Origin: a virus
Lineage: Duplodnaviria; Caudoviricetes
Length of the DNA: 51,570 bases
Reading direction: 5' to 3' (one strand)
IMG/VR virus record: IMGVR_UViG_3300034142_000033
Span: 1-51,570 of that record
Shown here: one piece after another, positions 15,275 through 23,757 of the stretch
Layout: each line of letters opens with the position of its first letter
How positions within the stretch are numbered: the first letter of the stretch is position 1
Translations under genes and position numbers: made by a program
Notes under the pieces: model-generated
Told to the model about the DNA's origin: nothing
Database searches by the model: none
The model's input: only the letters and a program-made list of their open reading frames with translations

Positions 15275-16522
15275 TCAGTAGAAGGTGACATACCTGTCGC
15301 CGTCGCGATCCTGCGAGTCCCGGCCGGCCGACGTCGCCCGGAACGTCAGGTCGAACGAGCGCAGCCGGCCGCGCATGCCGGCCTCGCGGCTGACCGGCTG
15401 GACGCGGGGGTGGAGCAGCGCCCATTGGTTGCCCACAGCGGTGCCGAACCGCAGCACAGCCGGATATTGGGTGAAATTCTTGATGTCGTTGAGCGTGTTG
15501 CGAACCGAGACGAGGGTTGCCAGCGGATCGCAGGTAAACTCGGGGGCGCGGTCGGCGAGCTGCCCGGCCCCGAACCCATATTCCGTGTTCGGATCGTCGG
15601 GCGATTCGATCCCGCCGCCGGTGCGGCTGGCCCAGCGCGCGATCGGCAGCAGTTTGCGCCCGATCACGACCGCCGGCGCCACCCCGCCGCCCTTGTTCAG
15701 CAGCGGCGCCGAATGGTTGGCGACGACCAGGTCCGCCGGCACCGCCGCGTCCGTGCCGGTGCCGACATAGGTGCCGCTGAACTCGAACACCGCGAAGCCG
15801 GGCCGCGACGAATCTCCCTCGAAGTCGCAGATACCCCGGCAATTCACCCACTGGTGGAGCACGCCATCCTCGAAAAGGTAGATCGTCGCGGCGGGATGGT
15901 CGGTACCGCGCGCCGCGGCGTCACGCGGGCTGGTTCCGGCATAGGTCCAGTTCGCCGGCAGCGCCGCCAAGGTCGAGACGGTGAGGTTCGCGCCGAGCAG
16001 CGTCTGGAAGTCGTCGGACAGGGTCGCCACCTTGGCCGAGGTATAGTTGATGATCAGCGGCTGGTGGCCCGGCACGCCGATCGGCAATCCCGAAAGGATC
16101 AGGGGCATGCCGCGATAGAGCTGCGCCGTGCCGCTGTAGCTGGCACCCAGCGTGATGGTGGACGGGCCGCCCGCGGCCAGCGCTTCGGCTGCGACGGCCG
16201 CCGTGAACTGCCCGCGCATGCCGCAGGCCTGGAACGCCTGGTGCAGCGGCGGCTTGTTGTTCACCGTCACCGTCGCATTCGGGCCCTTGACGCGGCTCCG
16301 GAAGCGCACCGTGGAGGGCTGGCCGACCACCAGCGGCGAGCCGGTGACGAGGCTGCCGTTCGTCTCGTTCGCGGCCTCGGCGCGGAACGGGCCGGTATAG
16401 CTGATGCTGTCCACCTCGACGGGCAGGGCATCGGTGCCGGCGGCCGGAACGGCGGCGACGTCTTCGGCGGTCTGCAGCTTCAGCAGCAGCGCGCTGTTCG
16501 CCGGGCGGATGACAGGATCCAT
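15275..16522 (-). CDS. Major tail tube protein
   Basis: LLLKLQTAED..P..GTDAL, LHQAFQACG, FEFSG; typical position. Confidence 0.75.
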   Translation of the reverse strand: MDPVIRPANSALLLKLQTAEDVAAVPAAGTDALPVEVDSISYTGPFRAEAANETNGSLVTGSPLVVGQPSTVRFRSRVKGPNATVTVNNKPPLHQAFQACGMRGQFTAAVAAEALAAGGPSTITLGASYSGTAQLYRGMPLILSGLPIGVPGHQPLIINYTSAKVATLSDDFQTLLGANLTVSTLAALPANWTYAGTSPRDAAARGTDHPAATIYLFEDGVLHQWVNCRGICDFEGDSSRPGFAVFEFSGTYVGTGTDAAVPADLVVANHSAPLLNKGGGVAPAVVIGRKLLPIARWASRTGGGIESPDDPNTEYGFGAGQLADRAPEFTCDPLATLVSVRNTLNDIKNFTQYPAVLRFGTAVGNQWALLHPRVQPVSREAGMRGRLRSFDLTFRATSAGRDSQDRDGDRYVTFY

Positions 16523-16536
16523 GTCTTAGTCTCCCT

Positions 16537-16968
16537 TCAGGAAAGCACCGTCGGGTCGCCCCGCGGCGTGGAATATTGAATGATGAAGTCCTGGGCGAAG
16601 CCCTGGCGGCGCTTGCTGGCGAGCTCCGCGATATCGCGGCGCAGCTCGCCGGTTTCCTCGATCAGCTCTGCTAGTCCGCCCAACGTCGGATCGGAAGTCA
16701 GCGCCTTGACGGTGCGAGCGTGGAGGCCGTTGAGCTCGGCGCGCGCCGACACGCCCGAGCCGCCCTCGACATAGCCCTCGACCCGAAACGACAGCTCGTA
16801 TCGTGTCGACCCGGCCTCGCGTTCGATCTCGCGCTGGCCTTGGTCGTAAGACGCGAGCGCAGGGAATGCGCCGGGATCGGCGATGGCTTCGGCTTCATAC
16901 TCCTCGACGCCGTCGATCGCGCCGAGGATCGTGTCGACTGCGGACAGCAGCTGCTCACGCGCGCTCAT
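16537..16968 (-). CDS. Tail terminator (gpU-like)
   Basis: MSAREQLL..FPAL..DPTLGGLA..IIQYST. Confidence 0.7.
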   Translation of the reverse strand: MSAREQLLSAVDTILGAIDGVEEYEAEAIADPGAFPALASYDQGQREIEREAGSTRYELSFRVEGYVEGGSGVSARAELNGLHARTVKALTSDPTLGGLAELIEETGELRRDIAELASKRRQGFAQDFIIQYSTPRGDPTVLS

Positions 16969-17267
16969 GCTTCGATCACGATCAGCCGCCAGGCGCCGAC
17001 ATCGTCGCGCCGCACGACCTCGCTGACGTTCCAGCTGCCGGTCGCATCGTCGATCCCGTCGCCCTTGCGCGGCCGCTCCGGAAGGTCCGCCTGGCGCACC
17101 TCGTAGCTCACCTGCCGCATCGTCTCGCCCGCGCCCTGGAATGGATCGGCCCCGACGTCGAACCGCACCGCCAGCACCGCGCCGCCGACGAGCCCGGCCC
17201 CGGTATAGGAAACGGGCTCGGCGAATTCGGCGTGAATGTCGGCGGCCTCCGCGGCACCCCAGTTCAC
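16965..17267 (-). CDS. Head-tail joining protein (gpFII-like)
   Basis: EFAEPVSY..RPRKGD..WRL. Confidence 0.7.
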   Translation of the reverse strand: MNWGAAEAADIHAEFAEPVSYTGAGLVGGAVLAVRFDVGADPFQGAGETMRQVSYEVRQADLPERPRKGDGIDDATGSWNVSEVVRRDDVGAWRLIVIEA

Positions 17268-17527
17268 GTGGACTGCCCGGCCTCGGTCGCACCGTCCACG
17301 GGATTGGCAGCGCCGCCTTCGTCGCTCCCGGCATCTTCGGCGGCCTGCTCGTCAGCGGCCGCGGCGGTAGCCGACGCAGCGCCGCCGCGGCCGATCAGCT
17401 CCTGGGCGCGCTCGAGCGAAATGGTTTTCGCCTTCGCGGCCTTGCCGATCGTGAGCTCGGCGCCCGCGTCGCGATAGTGGCCGGCATTGTCGGTAGCCGG
17501 CCCGTAGAGCACGATCTTCTTCAGCAT
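17264..17527 (-). CDS. Small hypothetical head/neck protein
   Basis: Translationally coupled ORF in the structural operon. Confidence 0.6.
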   Translation of the reverse strand: MLKKIVLYGPATDNAGHYRDAGAELTIGKAAKAKTISLERAQELIGRGGAASATAAAADEQAAEDAGSDEGGAANPVDGATEAGQST

Positions 17528-17599
17528 GGGTTTCGCTCCGCTGGGATGAAGTGAGGCCGAGCCGAAGCTCGGCCAGGAGAATGGTCGATGGGGCGGGCG

Positions 17600-18109
17600 T
17601 TAGGTCGCAGAAGCGCGTGCGCCCGCCAGCGCCAGCGCCAGCGCCGGCTTGTTGGCATCGCTCTCATAGGGCACCTGCAGCTTGTCGAGCTCGGCCTTGA
17701 TCGCTTTGACTTCCATCGACCGTTCGATTTCGACGGTCGCCACGGCGAGCGCCGGCGGATGCTCATGCTCGAGCGCGAGCTTCATCAGGTCCGGCGCGCT
17801 CGCCCCTTCGGGATAGGCGACGCCCGCATCGTCGAGGACTTTCCGCATCGCGTCGATCGACAGGCCCTCAAACTCGGTGCCGGTCGTGCCGGGCAGCGTC
17901 TGCCCGTCGGGCAGCCGATCCGTGATCGAAAGCGCCTGCTGCGCGACAAGGTCGCCGGCCTTGGCGAGCCGCTCCGCATCTTCGTCGGTGATGCCGAGCT
18001 TCTTTCGAACCTCCGCGTCGACGACGCTGCCGCCGCGGGCGGTGAACGGCTTGTCCTTGGTGCCGCCCACCAGGTCGTGGGCGGCGACGAAAATCGGCTG
18101 CCTGGCCAT
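17600..18109 (-). CDS. gpFI-position protein with HeH/LEM-like repeats
   Basis: MRKVLDDAGVAY and IKAELDKLQVPYESDANKPAL repeats. Confidence 0.65.
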   Translation of the reverse strand: MARQPIFVAAHDLVGGTKDKPFTARGGSVVDAEVRKKLGITDEDAERLAKAGDLVAQQALSITDRLPDGQTLPGTTGTEFEGLSIDAMRKVLDDAGVAYPEGASAPDLMKLALEHEHPPALAVATVEIERSMEVKAIKAELDKLQVPYESDANKPALALALAGARASAT

Positions 18110-18226
18110 GTCTATCTTCTCCTGTCTCTGAATCGGGCCGGCGGCGGCAAGGGGAGCCGCCGCCGGGGTCCCGCGCGAGGCGCGGGGTGTCGCGTGGGTT
18201 GTGGCTTAGTGTTTCGCGAGGATCGC

Positions 18227-19258
18227 TTAGCGGACCGTCACCGCCAGCGAGGCATCGACCCGGCGCGGCGCGACGATCGGCGCCGATTGGGTCATCACGA
18301 ACTCGCCCGCCGGATCCTGGTCGATCCAGTTCTTGGCGAAGTAGCGTGCCGCGCCATAGTCGTTCATCGGGTCGAGGATGGCGCCGAACAGCTGCGCGCC
18401 CTCGATCCCGCCCTGGGCGCCGATGATCACACTGTGGTCGGGGATCAGCTTCTGGATCGCGCCCGCATCGTCCTCGTAAACGTCGTTATAGACGTAGAAT
18501 TCGACGTCGCCGATCCGGCCCTTGAACACCGGCGAGCCGGGCAGGTTGGCGGTAAGCCCGAGGCTGATCGCCGCCGTCTGGCCGAGATTGCGATCCAGCG
18601 CCTTCTGGGTCTTCGGGTCGGCGGAGAAATAGCGCCAGGCGAACTTGTCCATCACGACGATGTTCGGCGCCGCGCCCGATGCCGAGGCGACCTCGTCGAT
18701 CCAGCCTTCGACGTCGTCGAACGGCGACACGCCGGCCTCGCCCCAGCGCGCCGTGGTGAGCAACGTCTTGGTCAGCGACGCGGTGCGGTTGAAGTTGACC
18801 GTGACGGCGGGATAATCGTCGCCGGCGATGGTGACGGCGCCGGTCCGCAGCACCGAGCTCGCCATCCATTCCAGGCGCCGCTCGATCCGCTGGCGCTGGT
18901 TGAACAGATAATCGAACATGATCCGGTCGCGCCGCTCCGCCGGGCTCAATTCGCCGCCGAACCGCTCGCCGGGCAGGCGCTTCAGCACCTCCCTCCCGGT
19001 GATCGGGTTCTTCGGCTTGATATAGGCCGGGATCAGCGTCTCGGTCTGGTAGCCCTTCGGCTGCTGGACCTTGCCGGGCGACAGCGGCGACACGAACGGC
19101 GCCAGGCGGCGATCGGGAACGATGCGGTCGAAATGGACCTCCTCGCTCTCGAACTCGAACACTTCGGGGAAGAAGGCCCGGAGCAGGAAATTGCCCGGGA
19201 TGAACAGAGATTCCACCATCGGCAGCATCTCGTCGGTGCTGTAAAGGTCACGTGCCAT
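18227..19258 (-). CDS. Major capsid protein, lambda gpE family
   Basis: FLLRAFFP, RRLAPFVSP, RRLEWMA, QSAP. Confidence 0.93.
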   Translation of the reverse strand: MARDLYSTDEMLPMVESLFIPGNFLLRAFFPEVFEFESEEVHFDRIVPDRRLAPFVSPLSPGKVQQPKGYQTETLIPAYIKPKNPITGREVLKRLPGERFGGELSPAERRDRIMFDYLFNQRQRIERRLEWMASSVLRTGAVTIAGDDYPAVTVNFNRTASLTKTLLTTARWGEAGVSPFDDVEGWIDEVASASGAAPNIVVMDKFAWRYFSADPKTQKALDRNLGQTAAISLGLTANLPGSPVFKGRIGDVEFYVYNDVYEDDAGAIQKLIPDHSVIIGAQGGIEGAQLFGAILDPMNDYGAARYFAKNWIDQDPAGEFVMTQSAPIVAPRRVDASLAVTVR

Positions 19259-19448
19259 CGAAAAGTCCTCCTGAATCGAACGGCGGCCCCGGACGTGGGT
19301 CCGAAGCCGCCGCCGCCCCGCTCAGGGCGTGTCTGGCAGGCCGCGACGTGGTACTTCGCGCCTGTTCCCGGCCCGGAGGACCGGCATTGATCCCGATGCC
19401 GCCGCAAGGCCGCATCCCCGGGCCGAAGTACCACTTCGGCCCGGCTGA

Positions 19449-19817
19449 TTAGTCGTCGATCTTGACGCCCTTGCCGCGCAGCCCCTCGCGGATGCTCGCC
19501 ACGCTGTGGCCGGCGCCGATCGTCAGCGCGGTGGCAACGACGGTGACGGTCTCGTAGGCGATCGCCTCGCGGTCCCCTGCTGTCGCGTCGCAATCCTCCG
19601 CCAGCACCAGGTCCGGCTCCTCCGATCCGTTGCCGGCGGCGGAGGCCGAAAGGACATATTTGCCGCTGGCCGTGATCTTGCCGATCACCGCGCCGGCCTT
19701 GAGGTTCTGCCCCGAAAGGATGGTCACCTTGCGGGTCGTGATGTCGTCGTCATTCGCGAGCAGATGCTTGGCCTGGTAGCCGTCGCCCTGGGTATATCCC
19801 GCACGTTCGTAAGCCAT
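19449..19817 (-). CDS. Head decoration protein (gpD)
   Basis: ILSGQNLKAGAVIGKITASGKY..VLAEDCDAT. Confidence 0.88.
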   Translation of the reverse strand: MAYERAGYTQGDGYQAKHLLANDDDITTRKVTILSGQNLKAGAVIGKITASGKYVLSASAAGNGSEEPDLVLAEDCDATAGDREAIAYETVTVVATALTIGAGHSVASIREGLRGKGVKIDD

Positions 19818-19885
19818 CTCGGCTCTCCCTTTCATCGCGGGGGTGGCGGATGCCGCCCCTCGGTTCCTTGGTCAGGCTTGCCGGC

Positions 19886-21280
19886 TCAGCCGGCGGCGGG
19901 CAGCCCCTGATGGCGGCCGCGCAAGCGGGCGACGGCGGCCTCGCCACGGTTGGGCGCCGCGGTCGACGCCGCAGCGTCGGCGCGCTTGTCCGGCACCTTG
20001 TCCGGCTTCACGGCGTCCGAGCGGGCGCCCTGCAGCGCCGCCGCCTGCTGCTCCTTGGAGGCGCAGGCGAGCTGGATCGCATAGTCGCCGGCGCTGGTGC
20101 CCTCCTCGATCGCCGCCGTGAGAGCGGACGAGACGTTGCTCTCGGCGTCGACCTTGATCAGCTGGCCGATCCGCTGCCGCTCCGCCGCAACGGCTTCGGT
20201 GCGGGCGGTGGCGACCGCAGCTTCCTGCGTCGCCTGGGTGAATTCCGGGTCCTTCATCTTCGTCTCCTGGCTGGATCGCGCACCGGGCGCGGGCGGGGCG
20301 GCGCCGCCTTCGTCGAAATCTTCGCCGCCTCCGGTCTGCGTGCCGGAACCGTTTACCTTGGCCGTGAACTCGTCGATGGAGTCGGCCCAGCTCATCACCT
20401 TGTCGGCAAGCCCCGCCGCGACCGCTTCCTCGCCTCGATAGGTAAGCGCCTGCTGGGACCGAACCGCGTCTTCCGTCAGCCCGCGCGCCTCGGCCACGTG
20501 CGCGATGAAGCGGTCGTTCGCGCTCGTCACCATCTGCGCGATCCGGTCCCTCACATCCTCGGGCAGCGGCTCGAACGGATTGCCGTCGACCTTGTGGTCG
20601 CCCGCGGCGATCAGCGTCACCTTGACGCCGTCCTTGGCCAGCTTGCCCGAGAAGTCCGCGTGCATCGCGATCGTGCCGACCGACCCGCCGATGCCGAGCG
20701 GGTGGATCGTGATTTCGCCGGGATCGGCGCACACCGCGACCGCGCAGGCGGCGCTGGCGCCGATGCCGCGGATCACCGCCCGCGTCGGCTTCGCCCCCCG
20801 TCGCGCCATCAGCACCTTGGTGAGCTCATAGAGCCCCGCCACCTCGCCCCCCGGGGAGTCGATGTCGAGGACGATGCCCTTCACATTGTCGTCCGCGTCG
20901 GCCGCGAGCACCTGGGCACGGATCCCGTCATAGCCGGTGAACCCCGACATGGGCCCGATGCCGTTCTCAGCCACCAATTCGCCGCGGATTTCCACGAAGC
21001 CGACGCCGCTGACGACCCGCATCAGATTGCTCGCCGGCGCGAACGGCGCCACCTGGTCGGTACCGGCGCGTGCCTCAATCTCCACGCGCGCGGTGGCCGC
21101 GCCTTCCTCCAGCTCGGCGAGGGCGATCGTGCGGCCTTCGGCGGCGACGAACAATTGCGCGACGTCGAAGCGTTCGCCGATCGCTCCGAGCACGATGCTC
21201 GCGGTCTCCGGCATCACCTGCAACGGCGTATTGAACAGCCGCTGGGTGATCGCGGCGCGGCTATAGGCGCGCATGCTCAT
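19886..21280 (-). CDS. S49 capsid maturation protease/scaffold (gpC/Nu3)
   Basis: LDIDSPGGEV, GASAAC, GSVG, GLAD. Confidence 0.9.
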   Translation of the reverse strand: MSMRAYSRAAITQRLFNTPLQVMPETASIVLGAIGERFDVAQLFVAAEGRTIALAELEEGAATARVEIEARAGTDQVAPFAPASNLMRVVSGVGFVEIRGELVAENGIGPMSGFTGYDGIRAQVLAADADDNVKGIVLDIDSPGGEVAGLYELTKVLMARRGAKPTRAVIRGIGASAACAVAVCADPGEITIHPLGIGGSVGTIAMHADFSGKLAKDGVKVTLIAAGDHKVDGNPFEPLPEDVRDRIAQMVTSANDRFIAHVAEARGLTEDAVRSQQALTYRGEEAVAAGLADKVMSWADSIDEFTAKVNGSGTQTGGGEDFDEGGAAPPAPGARSSQETKMKDPEFTQATQEAAVATARTEAVAAERQRIGQLIKVDAESNVSSALTAAIEEGTSAGDYAIQLACASKEQQAAALQGARSDAVKPDKVPDKRADAAASTAAPNRGEAAVARLRGRHQGLPAAG

Positions 21281-23058
21281 TCCGTTTCCTCCCGCTCGCG
21301 ATGCGCTTCCGCCGGCTCCGATCCGCCGCCCTTGGCGTTCGGGATCGGCAACCCCCCGGCGACGAACCTTTGATGCTCGCCGATCCGGCGCCGGACGTTG
21401 GCGTCATAGTCGCCGCCATTGAGCTCGGCCGTGATCTCGGCGCCGGTGCTCCAGGCATGCGCCTCCTGCACCTCGAGCGCCTTGGCTTCCCGCGCCGGAT
21501 CGAGCGAGATCTTGCCGTCGCCGCGGAACCGCACGTTCGACCAGCGCTCGCGCATCTCCGCATTGGTCAAAAATCCGTGCATCCGGTACCGCCCCTTGGC
21601 CACCTGCTCGAACAGCCAGGCGCGGTACACCGGCGAGCACCAATGCGATGCCAGCCAGCCGCGGCGCTTGCGCACCGAAAGGTAGAACACTTCGAGCGCG
21701 CCGCGGCTCGCCGAATAGCTGGCGGTGAAGCTCAGCATCAGCACCTCGAACGGCACGTCGATTGCCGCCGCGATCTGCTTCGCCAGCGCCACGAAGAACG
21801 GGTCGAACGCGGGGTTCGGCCGCCCCGGCGACTTCATCTCGGCGCCGGCGTCGCTGTCGATTTCGAGCACCGTGCCCGACTCCAGCCGGTAGTCGGCGAG
21901 CGGCCGGGCGCCGTCCGACTGGCCGCGCGCTGCCTCGGCCGTTCCCGCTTCGCCGTAATCGGGCTCGGGCATCGCCTGCGCGCCGGGCGACTTGTAGATG
22001 ATCGCCACCATCGCCTGCATCACTGCGGCAAACAGCTCCGCCTCGGTGAGGTCCGATACCTGCTTCAGCGTCTCCAGCACCGGCGCGAGTATCGACACGC
22101 CCCGGAATTGCTCCGGCCGCCGCTTGGCCATCACGTGCACCACGCTCGGCAGGTCAGTCGCGTCGCCCCAGGCTTCGATCCGAACGGTGTCGCCTTCGGT
22201 CCGCGCCATCCGCGTAAGTCCGCCGAAGCTGTCCGGCGCGCGCTTCAGCAGATGATAGGCGACGGGCGCCCCATAGCTGTCGACTTCGACGCCGCCGGCG
22301 CAGATATTGCCCTGCTCCTCGCCGCGGCCGTCTCGCCCGCCTGCGGTAGCCAGCCTCCCGCCCTCATGGTGCGCCGCCGGCGACAGGATGCGGTCGGCCT
22401 CGACCAGCTTCCACGCTGTTTCGTGACGCCGCCCCGGCTGATCCTCCGGCATTACCCGCAGCGCGGCGATGTCGCCGCTTTCGAGCACGCCGCGCAGCAC
22501 GATCTCCTGCTGGTCGTACCCGGTGGCGGTCCGCTCCGCATCGGGGTCGGTCGAGGCCATGTAATTGTCGAAATCGGCGGCGATCGTCGAGGACAGCGCC
22601 AGCGCCTCGTCCTCGCTGATGCCGAGCTCCGCCGGCTTCAGGTCCGGGATCGCCATCAGGCCCGTGCCGACCGTGAACGTGATCGGTCGCTCGACCGCCG
22701 CCGTCGCCAATGGCATGTTCATCGCCGCGTCGCGCGAACGGGCGATCAGCGTCTTCTGGTCGCCCAGCACGTCGCCATTCGCTGACCGCGACCGGGCGAA
22801 CCACCCGCGCGTCTGGCGGCGGTCCTTGTGCCCGCCCTTATAGCCGCCCCGGCCCCAGATTTTCCCGCCGGGCTCAACCGGCGAACGGCCCGCCGTCATC
22901 GAAGTCGCCGCCACCAGGCTCGCCCGCGCCGCGACCCGCTTCAGCCCCCGCTCCGGCGAGAAGGCCGACACCATCCGGTCCATGATCGTCGGGCGCACTT
23001 CAATCATGAAACTGCTCCTGCGCTCGGAGGCTCCGGGGGAGCTTCCGAAGACGATCAT
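21277..23058 (-). CDS. Portal protein, lambda gpB family
   Basis: ARSRDA, GGVEVDSYGAPVAY, RPEQFRGVS, SYSASR, DPARE. Confidence 0.93.
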   Translation of the reverse strand: MIVFGSSPGASERRSSFMIEVRPTIMDRMVSAFSPERGLKRVAARASLVAATSMTAGRSPVEPGGKIWGRGGYKGGHKDRRQTRGWFARSRSANGDVLGDQKTLIARSRDAAMNMPLATAAVERPITFTVGTGLMAIPDLKPAELGISEDEALALSSTIAADFDNYMASTDPDAERTATGYDQQEIVLRGVLESGDIAALRVMPEDQPGRRHETAWKLVEADRILSPAAHHEGGRLATAGGRDGRGEEQGNICAGGVEVDSYGAPVAYHLLKRAPDSFGGLTRMARTEGDTVRIEAWGDATDLPSVVHVMAKRRPEQFRGVSILAPVLETLKQVSDLTEAELFAAVMQAMVAIIYKSPGAQAMPEPDYGEAGTAEAARGQSDGARPLADYRLESGTVLEIDSDAGAEMKSPGRPNPAFDPFFVALAKQIAAAIDVPFEVLMLSFTASYSASRGALEVFYLSVRKRRGWLASHWCSPVYRAWLFEQVAKGRYRMHGFLTNAEMRERWSNVRFRGDGKISLDPAREAKALEVQEAHAWSTGAEITAELNGGDYDANVRRRIGEHQRFVAGGLPIPNAKGGGSEPAEAHREREETE

Positions 23059-23079
23059 TGGTCGGGCGCACTTCGATCA

Positions 23080-23313
23080 TCAGAGCAGCACCCCGCGGCG
23101 GGCCCGGCCACGCGTCAGCGGCACTCCGGAGGCCGACGCGATCTCGTTCCGCAGATCGGCGATGCCCTTTCGGATCTCGCCGAGATGCGCCCGCGTTACG
23201 CTCCGCCCGTCGGGCAGGGTCGCGCTTTGGTTGCGCAGCGCCGCGGCTTCAGCCTCGAGATATCGCGCCAGCCGCGCCTCAAGGTCCGCGATCTGCGCTG
23301 CCGAATAGGCCAT
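23080..23313 (-). CDS. Head completion protein (gpW-like)
   Basis: LARYLEAEAAALRNQS..GRSVTRAHLGEIRKGI. Confidence 0.8.
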   Translation of the reverse strand: MAYSAAQIADLEARLARYLEAEAAALRNQSATLPDGRSVTRAHLGEIRKGIADLRNEIASASGVPLTRGRARRGVLL

Positions 23314-23364
23314 TGCCCGCTGTTCCTCTGTCAGAAGAGCGCGCCGGCCACCTCGTTGGGCAAC

Positions 23365-23397
23365 AAAAAACCCGCCGCCGGGTCGTCCGGGGCGGGT
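23365..23397 (-). terminator. Intrinsic terminator upstream of gpW
   Basis: ACCCGCCCCGG-ACGAC-CCGGCGGCGGG followed by TTTTTT. Confidence 0.65.
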
Positions 23398-23448
23398 CTG
23401 GGTGCCGGGGTTTCTTCCGGGCACGGCGCGTCTATGTTTCCGGCTATG

Positions 23449-23754
23449 TCAAGAAAACGATTTCCGGTCAAGCCGGGGCCGCCCGGCGCGGCTTCGGCGG
23501 GGAATGTAATCTTCTAGCAGATGTAAACTCATACCCGTGCCCGGCTCGCATCTCAGCTTTTCGCAGATCAAAGCATATTGGTGAAGAACGGGCCGCTGCT
23601 TACCTAGCTCGATGCTGGTAATCGATCCCGCCGACAGGCCAACCAAGTCTCCGAGCTGCTTTCGGGACAGCTGCATGGATGTGCGCTTCCTCCTCACCCA
23701 TGCGCCAAAGTCGGCATAGAATACAACTTCGCCATCATCCATAACCCTGAACAT
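23449..23754 (-). CDS. XRE-family HTH regulator (low-GC insertion)
   Basis: VRRKRTSMQLSRKQLGDLVGLSAGSITSIELGKQRP. Confidence 0.8.
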   Translation of the reverse strand: MFRVMDDGEVVFYADFGAWVRRKRTSMQLSRKQLGDLVGLSAGSITSIELGKQRPVLHQYALICEKLRCEPGTGMSLHLLEDYIPRRSRAGRPRLDRKSFS

Positions 23755-23757
23755 GAC

